Shown here: one piece after another, positions 10,302 through 20,710 of the stretch
How positions within the stretch are numbered: the first letter of the stretch is position 1
Layout of the letters: each line of letters starts with the position of its first letter
NCBI GenBank assembly: GCA_963840455.1
Contig: CAWIYV010000010.1
Span: 64,001-128,000, forward strand
From: Nitrospirota bacterium
GTDB taxonomy: Bacteria > Nitrospirota > UBA9217
DNA length: 64,000 nt
Reading direction: 5' to 3'
The notes under the pieces: model-generated
Database searches by the model: none
Seen by the model: only the letters and a program-made list of their open reading frames with translations
Told to the model about the DNA's origin: nothing
Translations under genes and position numbers: made by a program

Positions 10302-10634
10302 ATGAAAGCACTCCTGACGGACAAGTCCATTTTCGAGATGCAGGCGGAGATCTGTAAGACCCTCACCAATCCAAAGCGCATCGAGATCCTGAACGCCCTG
10401 AAGACAGACGAAAGGACCGTGACGGACTTGGTGAACATCCTGGGCGCGTCCAAGGCGAACGTCTCGCAGCACCTCGCGGTGATGCGCCACAAGGGTATCC
10501 TGACAACGAGGCGGGAAGGTGTGAATATCTTCTATCGCGTGGCTAATCCCAAGGTCATCGAGGCTTGTGCACTCATGAAGGAAGTGCTGTTCGAGCAGCA
10601 CGCGGCGAGGAAAAAGGCGGTTTCCGGCGCCTGA
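10302..10634 (+). CDS. ArsR/SmtB-family transcriptional regulator
   Basis: NPKRIEIL...SKANVSQHLAVMR...REG..I.Y winged HTH; two Cys. Confidence 0.9.
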   Translation: MKALLTDKSIFEMQAEICKTLTNPKRIEILNALKTDERTVTDLVNILGASKANVSQHLAVMRHKGILTTRREGVNIFYRVANPKVIEACALMKEVLFEQHAARKKAVSGA

Positions 10635-10740
10635 TTGCCTGCCATTTTTTTTAACCTTATAGTTGCAAATATTCTAAACTTGTATCTTTAGCACCCCGGT
10701 CATTTCTACCGGATTTATCACAGACGAAAGAAGGATGGTT

Positions 10741-11283
10741 ATGAAGACAGGCAGTGTTCAGGACGCAGACACACGGCCCGCGCAGTACATGAACCCTTAT
10801 GTTGCCGGGGTCGGGCTCGGGCTGGTGCTGCTAGCGGCATTCGTTATCGCAGGACGGGGTCTGGGGGCCTCAGGCGCTTTTGCCTCGGTGGTGAGCTACG
10901 TGGTCAGCTTGGTAGCGCCGGCCCATGCAGGGAACAACCCCTTCTACCAGAAATACCTGTCCCGGGCGTCCAATCCTTTCAAGGACTGGCTTTTCATTGA
11001 AGTGCTCGGTGTGATGATAGGCGGGTTTCTGTCCGGATACTTCACACGGCGGGTGGCCAAAACAATCGAGCGGGGCCCGAACATCTCCGACAAGGGCCGG
11101 CTCGCCCTGGCCTTCGGCGGCGGCATGCTCGTATCCTTCGGCGCACAGTTCGCCCGGGGCTGCACCAGCGGGCAGTCCATCACGGGAGGGGCGCTCCTGA
11201 ACCTGGGTAGCTGGGCGTTCACCATGTCGGTGTTCGCCGGGGCCTACGGCGCTGCGTACTTTCTGAGGAGGGAATGGAAATGA
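10741..11283 (+). CDS. YeeE/YedE-family sulfur-compound transporter subunit
   Basis: NPYVAG, GLGASG and FGAQFARGCTSG motifs; multi-TM. Confidence 0.9.
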   Translation: MKTGSVQDADTRPAQYMNPYVAGVGLGLVLLAAFVIAGRGLGASGAFASVVSYVVSLVAPAHAGNNPFYQKYLSRASNPFKDWLFIEVLGVMIGGFLSGYFTRRVAKTIERGPNISDKGRLALAFGGGMLVSFGAQFARGCTSGQSITGGALLNLGSWAFTMSVFAGAYGAAYFLRREWK

Positions 11284-11867
11284 CGGCACCGCTCATCACA
11301 TCCGGGGCCCTGAGCCCCTCGTACGATCTGTTCTTCGCGCTGCTGATCGGCATCGCCTTCGGGTTCTTCCTGGAGCGCGCAGGATTCGGCAGTGCGCGTA
11401 AGCTCGTTGCCCAGTTCTACCTCACCGACCTCTCGGTCTTCAAGGTCATGTTCACCGCGCTCGTGACCGCTATGGTGGGGGCCATCATTCTGAACCGCGT
11501 GGGGTTCCTCGATATCGGTGAGCTCCCCCTTATCGGGACGTACATCGTCCCTATGATGGTCGGCGGCCTGATCCTCGGCGTCGGTTTCGTCATCGGAGGA
11601 TATTGACCCGGCACCTCTGCCGTGGCGGTCGCCACGGGCAAGGTCGACGGCATGGTCTATGTGGGAGGCCTCCTGGCAGGCATGTTCGTCTATGCTGAGC
11701 TCTCGCCAGTCCTTATGCCGTTCGTGAACAGCACCAGCATGGGACAGATAACCATCCCGCAGTATTTCAACCTCCCGGTCTTCGGGGTGGTTGCCGCGGT
11801 CATCGTGATGGCCCTCGCCGGCTTTTACGGCGCGACCATCGTGGAGAAGAAGTTCGGAAGCCGCTGA
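11280..11867 (+). CDS. YeeE/YedE-family subunit, probable selenoprotein (Sec at TGA 11604-11606)
   Basis: ORFs 11274-11606 and 11622-11867 are in frame and join as GGY-TGA-PGTS, where the family has GYCPGT; ATGA overlap with the upstream gene; hairpin right after the TGA. Confidence 0.85.
11607..11640 (+). promoter_or_regulatory. putative bacterial SECIS element
   Basis: CCGTGGC-GGTC-GCCACGG stem-loop; loop begins 21 nt after UGA. Confidence 0.7.
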
Positions 11868-11890
11868 GCAGCACATTGCATCGGAGCGAC

Positions 11891-11932
11891 AACGGCCGCC
11901 GAGGGAGACCCTTCGGCGGCCGTTCTTTTTTT
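11891..11932 (+). terminator. intrinsic terminator of the arsR-yeeE operon
   Basis: AACGGCCGCCGA...TCGGCGGCCGTT plus T run. Confidence 0.85.
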
Positions 11933-12260
11933 CGAAGATCTTGTCGCTGCACCATGGTGCTCACGCTTCTCTCCCACCCCGGGCGGCTAGGCTGCGACGA
12001 CTGTGAGTATGCATGCCAATGCCCTACCCCTAACAAGAGCTGTCAAAAAAGCAACGCGGCAGAAGGGAACAAACTATTGAGCATGAACGAATATTATGGC
12101 ATGCCAACGCGGCTGAGCGATAAGCCGCCCAAAAGAGCGATTTTTTTCTACGGCCCGCCCCGCGCTGTTGCGCAGGCATGCCTTAGAGATTGTTCGCTCC
12201 AAAAGTCCTTGCTTCACTCGCTCGTAATGGAGATGTTCCTTTTGCAGCCGCACACACAAA

Positions 12261-12292
12261 GAAACCCCGGAGAGAGGGGTCTCCGGGGTTCC
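12261..12292 (-). terminator. terminator downstream of the cold-shock gene
   Basis: AACCCCGGAGA...TCTCCGGGGTT hairpin followed by T-rich tract on the minus strand. Confidence 0.65.
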
Positions 12293-12371
12293 GATCATGT
12301 CTGTCTGTGACTTTCTGCTGTACCGAGCTACCCGCGGCCAAGTCCGTCGCGAAACGCTTCGGTATGCCCGT

Positions 12372-12578
12372 TTAGGAATCCTTGCTTACATTTGCTGCCT
12401 GGGGCCCCTTCTCTCCCTGAATAACGTCAAAGGTGACGGGCTGGCCCTCGGAAAGAGTCTTGAAGCCTTCGCCCTGAATGGCCGAGTAATGCACGAAGAC
12501 GTCCCGTCCGCCGCCGTCCGGCTCGATGAAACCGAATCCTTTTGCCTCGTTGAACCACTTCACTTTCCCGTTCGACAT
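12372..12578 (-). CDS. cold-shock protein (CSD)
   Basis: [15 protein letters not shown]...DVFVHYSAI...GPQAANV; AAGGAGG RBS. Confidence 0.95.
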   Translation of the reverse strand: MSNGKVKWFNEAKGFGFIEPDGGGRDVFVHYSAIQGEGFKTLSEGQPVTFDVIQGEKGPQAANVSKDS

Positions 12579-12790
12579 AAATCGTACTCCCTCCTTGCGT
12601 GTAGTTCCGCCCGCGGCCGTGGTTCCCCTTTTACCACTGCCGATCCCTGGCAAAACTACGGTTTTGAACAACAGAGATGAGCCTCATGTCTCCCCTGAGC
12701 TCAATTCCCCGAAAAGCCAGAAGTGTATGAACGTTTGAGTTCGCTGCCATAGGTATGATGGGATAAGCAAGGCCTGTACGCGCCCTTTTT

Positions 12791-13729
12791 TTAATTCAGA
12801 TATTTCCCCGGATTGACCGGAAGGCCGTTCAGGCGCACTTCGTAGTGGAGGTGAGGTCCGGTGCTGGAGCCGGAGTCGCCGGCATATGCAATGACGTCGC
12901 CACGCCGAACGCGCTGTCCGGCCTTCACGTTGAGGCGGGAATTATGAGCATAGAGCGTCTTGATGCCGTAGCCATGGCTGATCTCGACCATGTTGCCGTA
13001 ACCCGTGCCGAAACCGGCCTTGACCACCACGCCGTCGGCAGAGGCCACGACCGGCGTACCCGTCTGTGCCGCAATGTCCATGCCCTCATGGAACTTCTGG
13101 ATGCCGCTGAAGGGTGATATCCTGCTCCCGAAGCGGGAGGTGACCCAGCCGCGTACGGGCCAGACGGAAGGCGTAGATGCGTACAGCGATCGCTTGTCCT
13201 CGAAGTATTCGATCAGCACCTGCAGGCTGGCTTCCTGCCGGGATGCCGCTCCTTTAAGCTGGGTGAGTTCATCGCTCATTTCCTTGAGCGCCTCGGCCTG
13301 CTTCTTTTCACCGAGCGCTGTGAGGTTCTGAAGGCCAAGCTCGTCGGGGCCTCCGATGCCGAGCACCTGCTGGGCCTTGTCCCGGGGTCCGAGGCTCACC
13401 GCGCGGCGGAGCTTGGTATCCAGATCGCGGAGCAGGAACATCTGGCGCTTGTAGTCCAGAAGGTTCAGCGCGAAATTCTGCACCTGGGCCTTCTGCTGCA
13501 TGAGCTCTTCGCGCATGGATTGCAGTTCCCAGACCTTGTCCTTCACATCGTTATACTCATAGACCAGGTACAGCGAGAGCACCAGGACGCCGAGGAACGA
13601 TAGGAGAGAGGTCTTGATGGCAGACTTCGAAATGCGGAGGGTACGCACGGGGGAGTTCGGGCCGGGCACGACCATGATCGTAAAATATTCTTTTTTCTTG
13701 ATATTTCTCGCTTTCCCTGCCCTCATCAT
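12791..13729 (-). CDS. M23-family metallopeptidase
   Basis: N-terminal TM, coiled coil, HEGMD and HLH zinc motifs. Confidence 0.92.
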   Translation of the reverse strand: MMRAGKARNIKKKEYFTIMVVPGPNSPVRTLRISKSAIKTSLLSFLGVLVLSLYLVYEYNDVKDKVWELQSMREELMQQKAQVQNFALNLLDYKRQMFLLRDLDTKLRRAVSLGPRDKAQQVLGIGGPDELGLQNLTALGEKKQAEALKEMSDELTQLKGAASRQEASLQVLIEYFEDKRSLYASTPSVWPVRGWVTSRFGSRISPFSGIQKFHEGMDIAAQTGTPVVASADGVVVKAGFGTGYGNMVEISHGYGIKTLYAHNSRLNVKAGQRVRRGDVIAYAGDSGSSTGPHLHYEVRLNGLPVNPGKYLN

Positions 13730-13827
13730 CCCTCCGCAGTGAGAAGACGCACCCGTTACTGCATAGACAGTAGCATAGAGCCCGCTTTGATGTCAAGATT
13801 TTCTTTGAAAGACCGATTCTTCCGGCA

Positions 13828-14571
13828 CTATATATTGTAGGGCACCGCAGGGTGCTCCAATATCTTGTTTTTGATCTTGTTCTTGGGTCTTGGCTGACAT
13901 ACCTTGATCGTGCGCGGCAGAAATGGTTCGAGAGGGCAGCCGCTGCACCGGGGCGCGGTCTTCGTGCAGTGCATCTTTCCCAGCCTTACCAGGAGGGCGT
14001 GGTATTCATTGAACAGGCTTGTATCCCGCGGAAGGCTATCCATGAACAACTGCTGGACAACGTGGTAACCATCGTCCCCGCTCACCATCCCGTGCCTGCT
14101 GAAGATCCTCCTCGTGTAGGCATCCACCACGAAGACCGGATGTCCCGCTGCATAGAGCATGATTGCATCGGCCGTTTCCGGGCCGATCCCGTTCACCGAG
14201 AGAAGGCCTTTTCGCAGTTCTTCCGGATCATCCCGGAACATCCGGGCAAGGCTCCCTCCATACCGTTCGGTCAGAAAGGCCATGAGGTGGCTGAGGCGTT
14301 TCGCCTTGACGGTATAGTATCCGCTCGGCCTGATGAGGGCGGCAAGCTTGCGGCGGCCAAGACCTCGGAGGCGGACCACGGTCAGAGAGCCTCCCGACTT
14401 CAGATTAGTGATCGCTTTTTCGACATTGCCCCACGCGGTGTTCTGGGTGAGGACCGCACCCACCATCACCTCAAAGGGGGAGTCGCCGGGCCACCACTGC
14501 TGCGGTCCATATTTCTTGAAGAGGGCACCGTAGATGGCCATGAGCTGTTTCCGGGTCCTGTCCGCCTTCAT
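13828..14571 (-). CDS. endonuclease III-related HhH-GPD DNA glycosylase
   Basis: WWP..PFEV.VGAVLTQNT, GIGPETAD, VVDAYT, C-terminal Cys cluster. Confidence 0.9.
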   Translation of the reverse strand: MKADRTRKQLMAIYGALFKKYGPQQWWPGDSPFEVMVGAVLTQNTAWGNVEKAITNLKSGGSLTVVRLRGLGRRKLAALIRPSGYYTVKAKRLSHLMAFLTERYGGSLARMFRDDPEELRKGLLSVNGIGPETADAIMLYAAGHPVFVVDAYTRRIFSRHGMVSGDDGYHVVQQLFMDSLPRDTSLFNEYHALLVRLGKMHCTKTAPRCSGCPLEPFLPRTIKVCQPRPKNKIKNKILEHPAVPYNI

Positions 14572-14629
14572 GATCGATCCCTGCGGTATGCGGTCCGGTC
14601 CTCCGGCGGGTGCGCCGTCAACGGCCGCA

Positions 14630-14950
14630 TCACCCCTTCGTCGCATCCTTCACCCACGCAAGATAGGTCGGCAGGCCGGCCGCGATGGGCAAGGCGATGA
14701 TCTCCGGCACGGAATAGGTATGGAGCGTCTTGACCCGCGCAATGACCGCATCCATGAGCGGCATTCTGCTCTTGCAGATCAGGAGCGCCTCCACGGCATC
14801 CTGGGTCTTTCCTTCCCAGAAGAAGAACGAGCGCACTCCGGGAATGACGTTCACACAGGCAGCCAGGTGTTCGTCGACAAGCGTCCGGGCGATGGTTGCC
14901 GCCTCGTCAGATGAACCTGTGGTGATCAGAATGACGATCTCTTCGGCCAT
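14630..14950 (-). CDS. cutA: divalent-cation tolerance protein CutA
   Basis: LAACVN...S.F.WEG...H.Y.VPEII...YL.W. Confidence 0.93.
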   Translation of the reverse strand: MAEEIVILITTGSSDEAATIARTLVDEHLAACVNVIPGVRSFFFWEGKTQDAVEALLICKSRMPLMDAVIARVKTLHTYSVPEIIALPIAAGLPTYLAWVKDATKG

Positions 14951-15043
14951 GATCCCTCCTGGGTGAATGGTGTGCCAGATTCTCGCTACGCGAAGTCGTT
15001 CCCCGCCTCGTCATGTGATCGCACGGTCTTCAGCAGCAGCATC

Positions 15044-17068
15044 CTAGAACTTCATCCCGCCAAGCCCTTTGAGGTCCAGCATGACGAGATACTGCGTCTC
15101 GCCCGGCTTGTTCATATAGGAAAACCCCACGCCCCAGCACTGGGAGGCGTAATGGACTTTATATTCCTTCTGGGTGATGGTCCCGTTCTGTATATCGCGC
15201 CACATCTGGCCCTTCAGGTCCCACCTATCCAGTTTCAAACCGAGCCCGGTGATGAGGAATTGGGTCCGGGGATCTCGAAGGTACTGGTGGGTCATATCGA
15301 ACTGAACGGTCTCACCCTTGACCGTTACGCTCTCGGAGGAGGAGGAAAGCCTGTTGGTATACGTATCGTAGTTTGCGTTGGCAGAAACGGTGAGCAGCTT
15401 CGGCGTCTTGACGGCAAGTTCGCCTATGATCTCGGAGCGCGGGTGGGCGTTCACGAGGTCCTTGTTCCGCGCCTCGCCCACGTTATAGGACTGGGAGAGG
15501 CGAAAGACCATAAGATCGAAGGTCCGCACGTTCGCACCGTCCCTGTATCGGGCGGTGAGCCGGTTGATGAGGGATAGGGTCACCAGGTTCTCTTCCTGCA
15601 CGTCGTCCACAGCATCCAGGTGGGGGAAGTCGCCCTGGTCGATCCGGGGGATGTAGGAATACGAGACCGTCGGTTCGATGGAATGCCGGACCCGGCCGAT
15701 CCCGGACTCTTCGTCCTGTCCATAGACCTTCGAGAAGCGCGCGTTGAGGTCCGCACCGGCGTACGTATATTTCCGCTCCACCGGTTCGATGGTCGTCGCG
15801 CCCCGGTCATAGAAGGTGGCGCGGGCTCCTATGCGGGGCGTCAGGCTCAGACCGTATCCGCTCAGGACTGTCGTGAGCTCGGGCTTGAAGTCCGCCCGCA
15901 ACACATTCCCCCCGTCGCTGGACGTGAAGTTGGTCGCCAATCCTTCGAACCGGAGGTAGGCCAGCCGGACCAGCGGCTCACCGAAGATCGTGTACCGGAG
16001 TTCGGGCAGCTTCTGGACCGTCTTGTCATTCGGCTGGGTCAGGTCCGTTGAATACTGACCCAGGAGATAGAGCGAGGCCGTGTTCCACCGCTCCACGTAA
16101 AATGCGTTCGAATCGATATATGGCCGGGCGCGCAGCTCCAGTTTCTTCTCGAGATCGCGGTAATAGTTCTGGTCACTCACGAGGTTGACGTCCGCACGGA
16201 ACGAGAGGTCCTCGGCGAATTCCTCTCGGTGCTGGAACTGAAGCTCCCATTGGTTCGTTTTGGAATGGAAGTTGTTGAAGTAGTTGTAATAGGCCTTACC
16301 CTCCGAATCCCGGTTGTTCACATAGCGGTATTCGATCCCGGTCCCGTGGCCGGTCCGGTCGCGGTAGTCGGTGGTGAACGTCATGTCCCGGGAGTCGGAG
16401 ATGGCCCAGAAGAAGGTGTTTTTCATGAGGAAGCCGTCGCTGCTGCTGAAGCCAACGACCGGGATCAGCAGGCCGCTCTGCCGCTTGACCGGAAAGAGGA
16501 AATAGGGCGCGTACATAATCGGCAGGCCTTCCATATTGAACGACACATGACTGCCCGTGGCGTACTTGGCCAGGTCCACATCGAGCTCGCGCGCCTTGAG
16601 GTACCACTCCCCCTCGTCACAGGTGGTGAAGGTGCCGTTCTCCACGTGATACACGGTTTCGGAGCGCCGCTCGATACGGTCGCCCTTCAGATAAAAATTT
16701 TCCTTGCTCTTGTACAGCTGGCCTTTTGTGAAGAAGCCGACGCCCGTGGTCAGGTTCACCTCCAGCCGGTCCGCCATCACGGTGTCGCCCTTGTCCCGGA
16801 GATATACGTTCCCTTCGGCGACCGCCTCGCCGGTGCTGTTGTTCAGCACGATCCGGTCAGCCTCCAGCCGCATGTCCTGCTGGTCTATCCTCACATGGCC
16901 TTCGGCGGTGTAGATGTCGTTCGCCCGGTCGTGGTCCAACTTGTCCGCGGTCACGTTGACGGGGATCTTTTTTCTCAGAGGCTCCTCGGCGGACACAGTG
17001 CATAACGTTCCCGCTGCCAGGACCGCCGCAAGGACAAACACGGTGATGGGAACTGCTCGCCTGGTCAT
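15044..17068 (-). CDS. lptD: LPS-assembly protein LptD
   Basis: signal peptide, OstA-like N-domain, FTTC motif, beta-barrel with QCW near the C-terminus. Confidence 0.9.
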   Translation of the reverse strand: MTRRAVPITVFVLAAVLAAGTLCTVSAEEPLRKKIPVNVTADKLDHDRANDIYTAEGHVRIDQQDMRLEADRIVLNNSTGEAVAEGNVYLRDKGDTVMADRLEVNLTTGVGFFTKGQLYKSKENFYLKGDRIERRSETVYHVENGTFTTCDEGEWYLKARELDVDLAKYATGSHVSFNMEGLPIMYAPYFLFPVKRQSGLLIPVVGFSSSDGFLMKNTFFWAISDSRDMTFTTDYRDRTGHGTGIEYRYVNNRDSEGKAYYNYFNNFHSKTNQWELQFQHREEFAEDLSFRADVNLVSDQNYYRDLEKKLELRARPYIDSNAFYVERWNTASLYLLGQYSTDLTQPNDKTVQKLPELRYTIFGEPLVRLAYLRFEGLATNFTSSDGGNVLRADFKPELTTVLSGYGLSLTPRIGARATFYDRGATTIEPVERKYTYAGADLNARFSKVYGQDEESGIGRVRHSIEPTVSYSYIPRIDQGDFPHLDAVDDVQEENLVTLSLINRLTARYRDGANVRTFDLMVFRLSQSYNVGEARNKDLVNAHPRSEIIGELAVKTPKLLTVSANANYDTYTNRLSSSSESVTVKGETVQFDMTHQYLRDPRTQFLITGLGLKLDRWDLKGQMWRDIQNGTITQKEYKVHYASQCWGVGFSYMNKPGETQYLVMLDLKGLGGMKF

Positions 17069-17118
17069 GGCGTTCTCTGTGCTCCGCGTTCTGCGTTCCG
17101 CACTCCGCACGTCCTCCC

Positions 17119-18450
17119 TCATCCCTTCAACCCCCGCAGCATCACCGGCCCTTCTCCGGGCCTGAACGCCGCCCGCGCGTCCCCGACGGTATAGAGGGAG
17201 CCCGTGATGATGATGAGGTCGTCCCTGGCTGTCTCCCGGCGCGCCAGATCAATGGCCTCGGCCACGGACCCCGTGGAGGCCACGTCGCCGTGGAACGTGC
17301 TGATCTCCGCTGCCAGGGATGCGGTGTCGAGCGCCCGGGAATAGTTTGGCCGGGTCACCACTACCCGGTCGGCCAGGGGAACCAGCCTGTCGAGGATCCC
17401 CCGGAAGTCCTTGTCCTTCAGGATGCCCACGACCAGGACCATCCGGCGGTACGACCGCTTCAGATCCCGCAAGGCGTCTGCGAGGACCTGAGCCGATGCC
17501 GGATTATGGGCGCCGTCCAGATAGATGTCCGGACTCTGCGCCACCTGTTCAAGCCGTCCTTCCCACACTGCATCCTCGAGACCGGCCCGGAGGGCGGCTT
17601 CGGGGATCTTCATGCCTGCCTTGCCGATGCACTCGGCCGCGGCAAGCGCGATGCAGGCGTTCCCTACCTGGTGCCTGCCGAGCATGACGATCCGGAGGCG
17701 CGGCAGGCGAGCGAAGATGCCCCGGTAATCGAATTCCTGCTCCCGATCCGTAGCCACCTGTTCGGCGCCAAAATCCTGCGGCATCCGGAAGACCGGTGAT
17801 CCTGCCAGCCTAGCCTGCTGTTCGATCACCGCGAGGACCTCCGGCTGGACCGCGCCGGTCACTACCGGCACGCCTGGCTTGATGATCCCCGCCTTTTCTG
17901 AGGCGATCAGCCCGACGGTCGTTCCAAGGAACTCCGTGTGCTCCAGGTCGATGTTGGTGATCACCGAGACCAGCGGGGCGATCACGTTCGTGGAGTCCAG
18001 CCGTCCGCCCATCCCGGCCTCAACCACCGCGATGTCGACCCGCTCCTCCGCGAAGCAGGTGAAGGCCATTGCCGTCGTGACCTCGAAGAACGTCGGCGTC
18101 AGGGGCCCGCCGTCTGCGGACCGTACATTCTCGTACCTCGCCAGCACACGCTCAGCCAGCCCGACCACCCGCTCCTCGGTGACCGGAACGCCGTTGATCC
18201 TGATCCGCTCGGTAAAGCTCACCAGGTGCGGCGACGTATAGAGCCCCACACGGTATCCCGCCGCTCTGAGCATGCTGGCTAGAAAAGCGGCCGTCGATCC
18301 TTTGCCATTGGTTCCGGCGATGTGGACCGACTGGAACCGCCGCTGCGGGTCGCCCATAAGCCCCATCAGCTGGATGCTGTTGGACAGGCCGAACTTGATG
18401 CCGTGCTTCTGGAGGCCGAAAAGATAGTCGATGGTTTCCTGGTACGACAT
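17119..18450 (-). CDS. folC: folylpolyglutamate/dihydrofolate synthase
   Basis: HIAGTNGKGS, YTSPHL, EAGMGGRLDSTN, DGAHN, TGSLY. Confidence 0.97.
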   Translation of the reverse strand: MSYQETIDYLFGLQKHGIKFGLSNSIQLMGLMGDPQRRFQSVHIAGTNGKGSTAAFLASMLRAAGYRVGLYTSPHLVSFTERIRINGVPVTEERVVGLAERVLARYENVRSADGGPLTPTFFEVTTAMAFTCFAEERVDIAVVEAGMGGRLDSTNVIAPLVSVITNIDLEHTEFLGTTVGLIASEKAGIIKPGVPVVTGAVQPEVLAVIEQQARLAGSPVFRMPQDFGAEQVATDREQEFDYRGIFARLPRLRIVMLGRHQVGNACIALAAAECIGKAGMKIPEAALRAGLEDAVWEGRLEQVAQSPDIYLDGAHNPASAQVLADALRDLKRSYRRMVLVVGILKDKDFRGILDRLVPLADRVVVTRPNYSRALDTASLAAEISTFHGDVASTGSVAEAIDLARRETARDDLIIITGSLYTVGDARAAFRPGEGPVMLRGLKG

Positions 18451-18459
18451 GGCGAACCG

Positions 18460-19359
18460 CTATTGCGGCGCCTGCGGGGACGGCGGTGCAGGCTTGTCCT
18501 CGGGTTTGGTCACCGGTATCTCCGCTGCCGTGCTTTCAACGGCCTTTTCCGTGGGCTTGTCCACCGGCAGAGCCGCAGGTTGTTCCACGGGCAGCCGAGG
18601 GGGGGCGGAAACGGACTGGAGCTTCAGGACAAAGGGAAGCTGTTCGTCTTTCGCTGCCGATGCCAGACGGGACCGTTTGTAGCTGATCTTCCCGGCGTCC
18701 CGGATCCGGTCAAAGAAGGTGTACAGTTCATCGGGGGTGAGCCTGCCGGATACCTCATGGACCTGGTCGCTGAACCGCAACGAGGTGAGCAGGGGGTGCT
18801 CCTTCATGGCCTCGTTGATCCGCCTGACGCTCGCCTTCTCGCTCGCCTTCTCCACCGTGATGGTGATCAACAGTGGGTCGGCCTTCGGCGCCGTGACAAC
18901 CGGCGGCGACTGCTTCTTCGGCTCAGGCGCCGCGGGAGGGGCCGGCGGGGGCGTGGTGACCGATAGTGGCGCGGTCTCGAGCTTCGCGGCAGACGGCGGA
19001 AGCGGACCGGCATCGAGCTTCTCCAGGTCGGGATCGTGCACGAGCGGTGTGATGACGTAGAGATAGACAGCTACGGAAATAGCGACGACCGCCAGCAGCC
19101 TCAGCGGCCGGAAGAATATCCTGGTAATCCCTGAAAGGCCGGACACCCGTTCCTTCAGGCGCCCCGCCATCCCTTCGGGTGGTGATAGATAGTTCAGGAA
19201 CCGCTGCGTCTCGTCGATCTGCCGGAGCGAATCGATCTTGGAGCGGCAGACCGCGCAGGCGGCAAGGTGGCGCTCCACCCGCTTCTGTTGCGGCAGAAAA
19301 AGATGCCCCTTGAGGTATCGGGGAAGCAGGCTCCGCGTACGTTCACATTCCTTCTTCAT
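18460..19359 (-). CDS. zf-HC2 (anti-sigma-like) membrane protein
   Basis: N-terminal HLAACAVC motif, single TM, Pro-rich linker. Confidence 0.75.
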   Translation of the reverse strand: MKKECERTRSLLPRYLKGHLFLPQQKRVERHLAACAVCRSKIDSLRQIDETQRFLNYLSPPEGMAGRLKERVSGLSGITRIFFRPLRLLAVVAISVAVYLYVITPLVHDPDLEKLDAGPLPPSAAKLETAPLSVTTPPPAPPAAPEPKKQSPPVVTAPKADPLLITITVEKASEKASVRRINEAMKEHPLLTSLRFSDQVHEVSGRLTPDELYTFFDRIRDAGKISYKRSRLASAAKDEQLPFVLKLQSVSAPPRLPVEQPAALPVDKPTEKAVESTAAEIPVTKPEDKPAPPSPQAPQ

Positions 19360-19410
19360 TGATCATGTCCTCGTTATTTCTGTTCCGCGACCCGTATATC
19401 GCGCTCGACA

Positions 19411-20214
19411 TTACGCTCCTCCGACCTTCACCTGTTCGGCCGCCAGGTGGGCGTCCCCGAGAAAGAGCTTGCCGAGCTTCTCGAACCGCGCCGGCGTGTC
19501 GGTGACGAAATACCTCCGCTCTGCCGCACCCTGCCCCGGACGATGCCACTTGAGCTTGTCGAGCACCGCGGCAACTTCCTTGGCGGTCTCGGTGGCCGAA
19601 TCGATGAGCGTGATGCCAGGGCCCACGGCCCTTCCGATCACCTTCTTGAGGAGCGGGTAGTGCGTGCACCCCAGGACCAGCGTGTCGATGCCGCTTGTCC
19701 GGAAGAACGCGAGGTATTGCTCCGCCACGAGCTCCGCCACGTCGTTGTCCACCCAGCCTTCTTCCGCCAGCGGAACGAAGAGCGGGCAGGCCTTGCTGAT
19801 GACCTGGATGTCCGGATCCAGCCTGGTGATGGACCGTTCGTAGGCAGCGCTGCCGATGGTCGCCTCGGTGCCGATGACGCCGATCTTCTTCGTCCTCGTC
19901 GCGGCAACGGCAGCACGTGCCCCGGGATCGAGCACACCGATGATCGGAAGGGGAAACTCTTTCTTCACCGCGTCGAGGCTGACGGCCGATGCTGTATTGC
20001 ACGCCACGACCAGCATCTTGATCTCCTGGGACAGGAGGAACTGCGTGTTCTCGAAGCTGTAGCGGGTAACCGTCTCGGCGGACCGGATGCCGTAAGGAAC
20101 TCGCGCCGTGTCGCCCAAGTAGATGGTGTTCTCCCGGGGAAGCGCGGCCATAAGCTCTTTCAGGACCGTAAGACCGCCGATGCCGGAATCGAATATGCCA
20201 ATGGCTTTCTGCAT
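19411..20214 (-). CDS. murI: glutamate racemase
   Basis: FDSGIGG, ACNTAS, LGCTHYP. Confidence 0.97.
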   Translation of the reverse strand: MQKAIGIFDSGIGGLTVLKELMAALPRENTIYLGDTARVPYGIRSAETVTRYSFENTQFLLSQEIKMLVVACNTASAVSLDAVKKEFPLPIIGVLDPGARAAVAATRTKKIGVIGTEATIGSAAYERSITRLDPDIQVISKACPLFVPLAEEGWVDNDVAELVAEQYLAFFRTSGIDTLVLGCTHYPLLKKVIGRAVGPGITLIDSATETAKEVAAVLDKLKWHRPGQGAAERRYFVTDTPARFEKLGKLFLGDAHLAAEQVKVGGA

Positions 20215-20477
20215 AGTCAGGGAAGAACCAAGACAGTTGCCGCAGAGGTCGCGCAGAACATCTGACTTATTGAGGAATGCACATTTTTGCCCATATCATT
20301 TGCCATCGAGAACATACTCTGCTCTTGCGAAGGCGCAGGCACCAGCAGAGAGAAAGACCGGATTAACTGAGCATTTGATCGTTTCTCCGTGTACTCGGAG
20401 ACCTCCATGGCAACGTATTTAATGCGCCTCATAATTATGAATTTTCTCGTATTTGTCTGTATCAATCACCGACCGAT

Positions 20478-20550
20478 ATTCCTGAACGCTTTTATCGGGG
20501 ATCCAGGATGTTGGCCGGATTCCCGCTCAGTACCGTTGCAAGAATGACGA
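20478..20550. repeat. REP-like palindromic doublet (GATCCAG / GGATTCCCGC...GAATGAC family)
   Basis: similar to copies at 34897-34995, 37780-37903 and 46243-46312. Confidence 0.6.
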
Positions 20551-20646
20551 CAGGGGATTTCTGATGCTGTCAAATCTCGCATGAAACCTATGCTACGTTC
20601 TGAATGAACGATCTCAAACAGCTGCTGCCCGTCTCATTGAAGCTTA

Positions 20647-20710
20647 CTGTAGCAAGCTGCAGGAAATCTTCGATCCTCAGGGTAGAATGTTTTTTCTAAT
20701 CGCTCGCTCC
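20647..20710 (+). repeat. dispersed repeat (GYAGCAWGCTRC hairpin plus TCTTCGATCC...TCTRATCGCTC)
   Basis: similar to 53696-53760 (+) and 63545-63622 (-). Confidence 0.7.

Noticed and set aside
11604-11606. Genome-wide TGA reassignment (Trp/Gly) or simple pseudogenes as the explanation for the two in-frame TGAs
   Set aside because: TGA terminates many ordinary genes here (arsR, msrB, ligD), and both read-through TGAs fall exactly on conserved Cys positions with hairpins
12580-12720. Known riboswitch in the long cold-shock gene leader or other intergenic regions
   Set aside because: No recognisable consensus (c-di-GMP-I, SAM, TPP) by eye; an Infernal/Rfam scan would be needed
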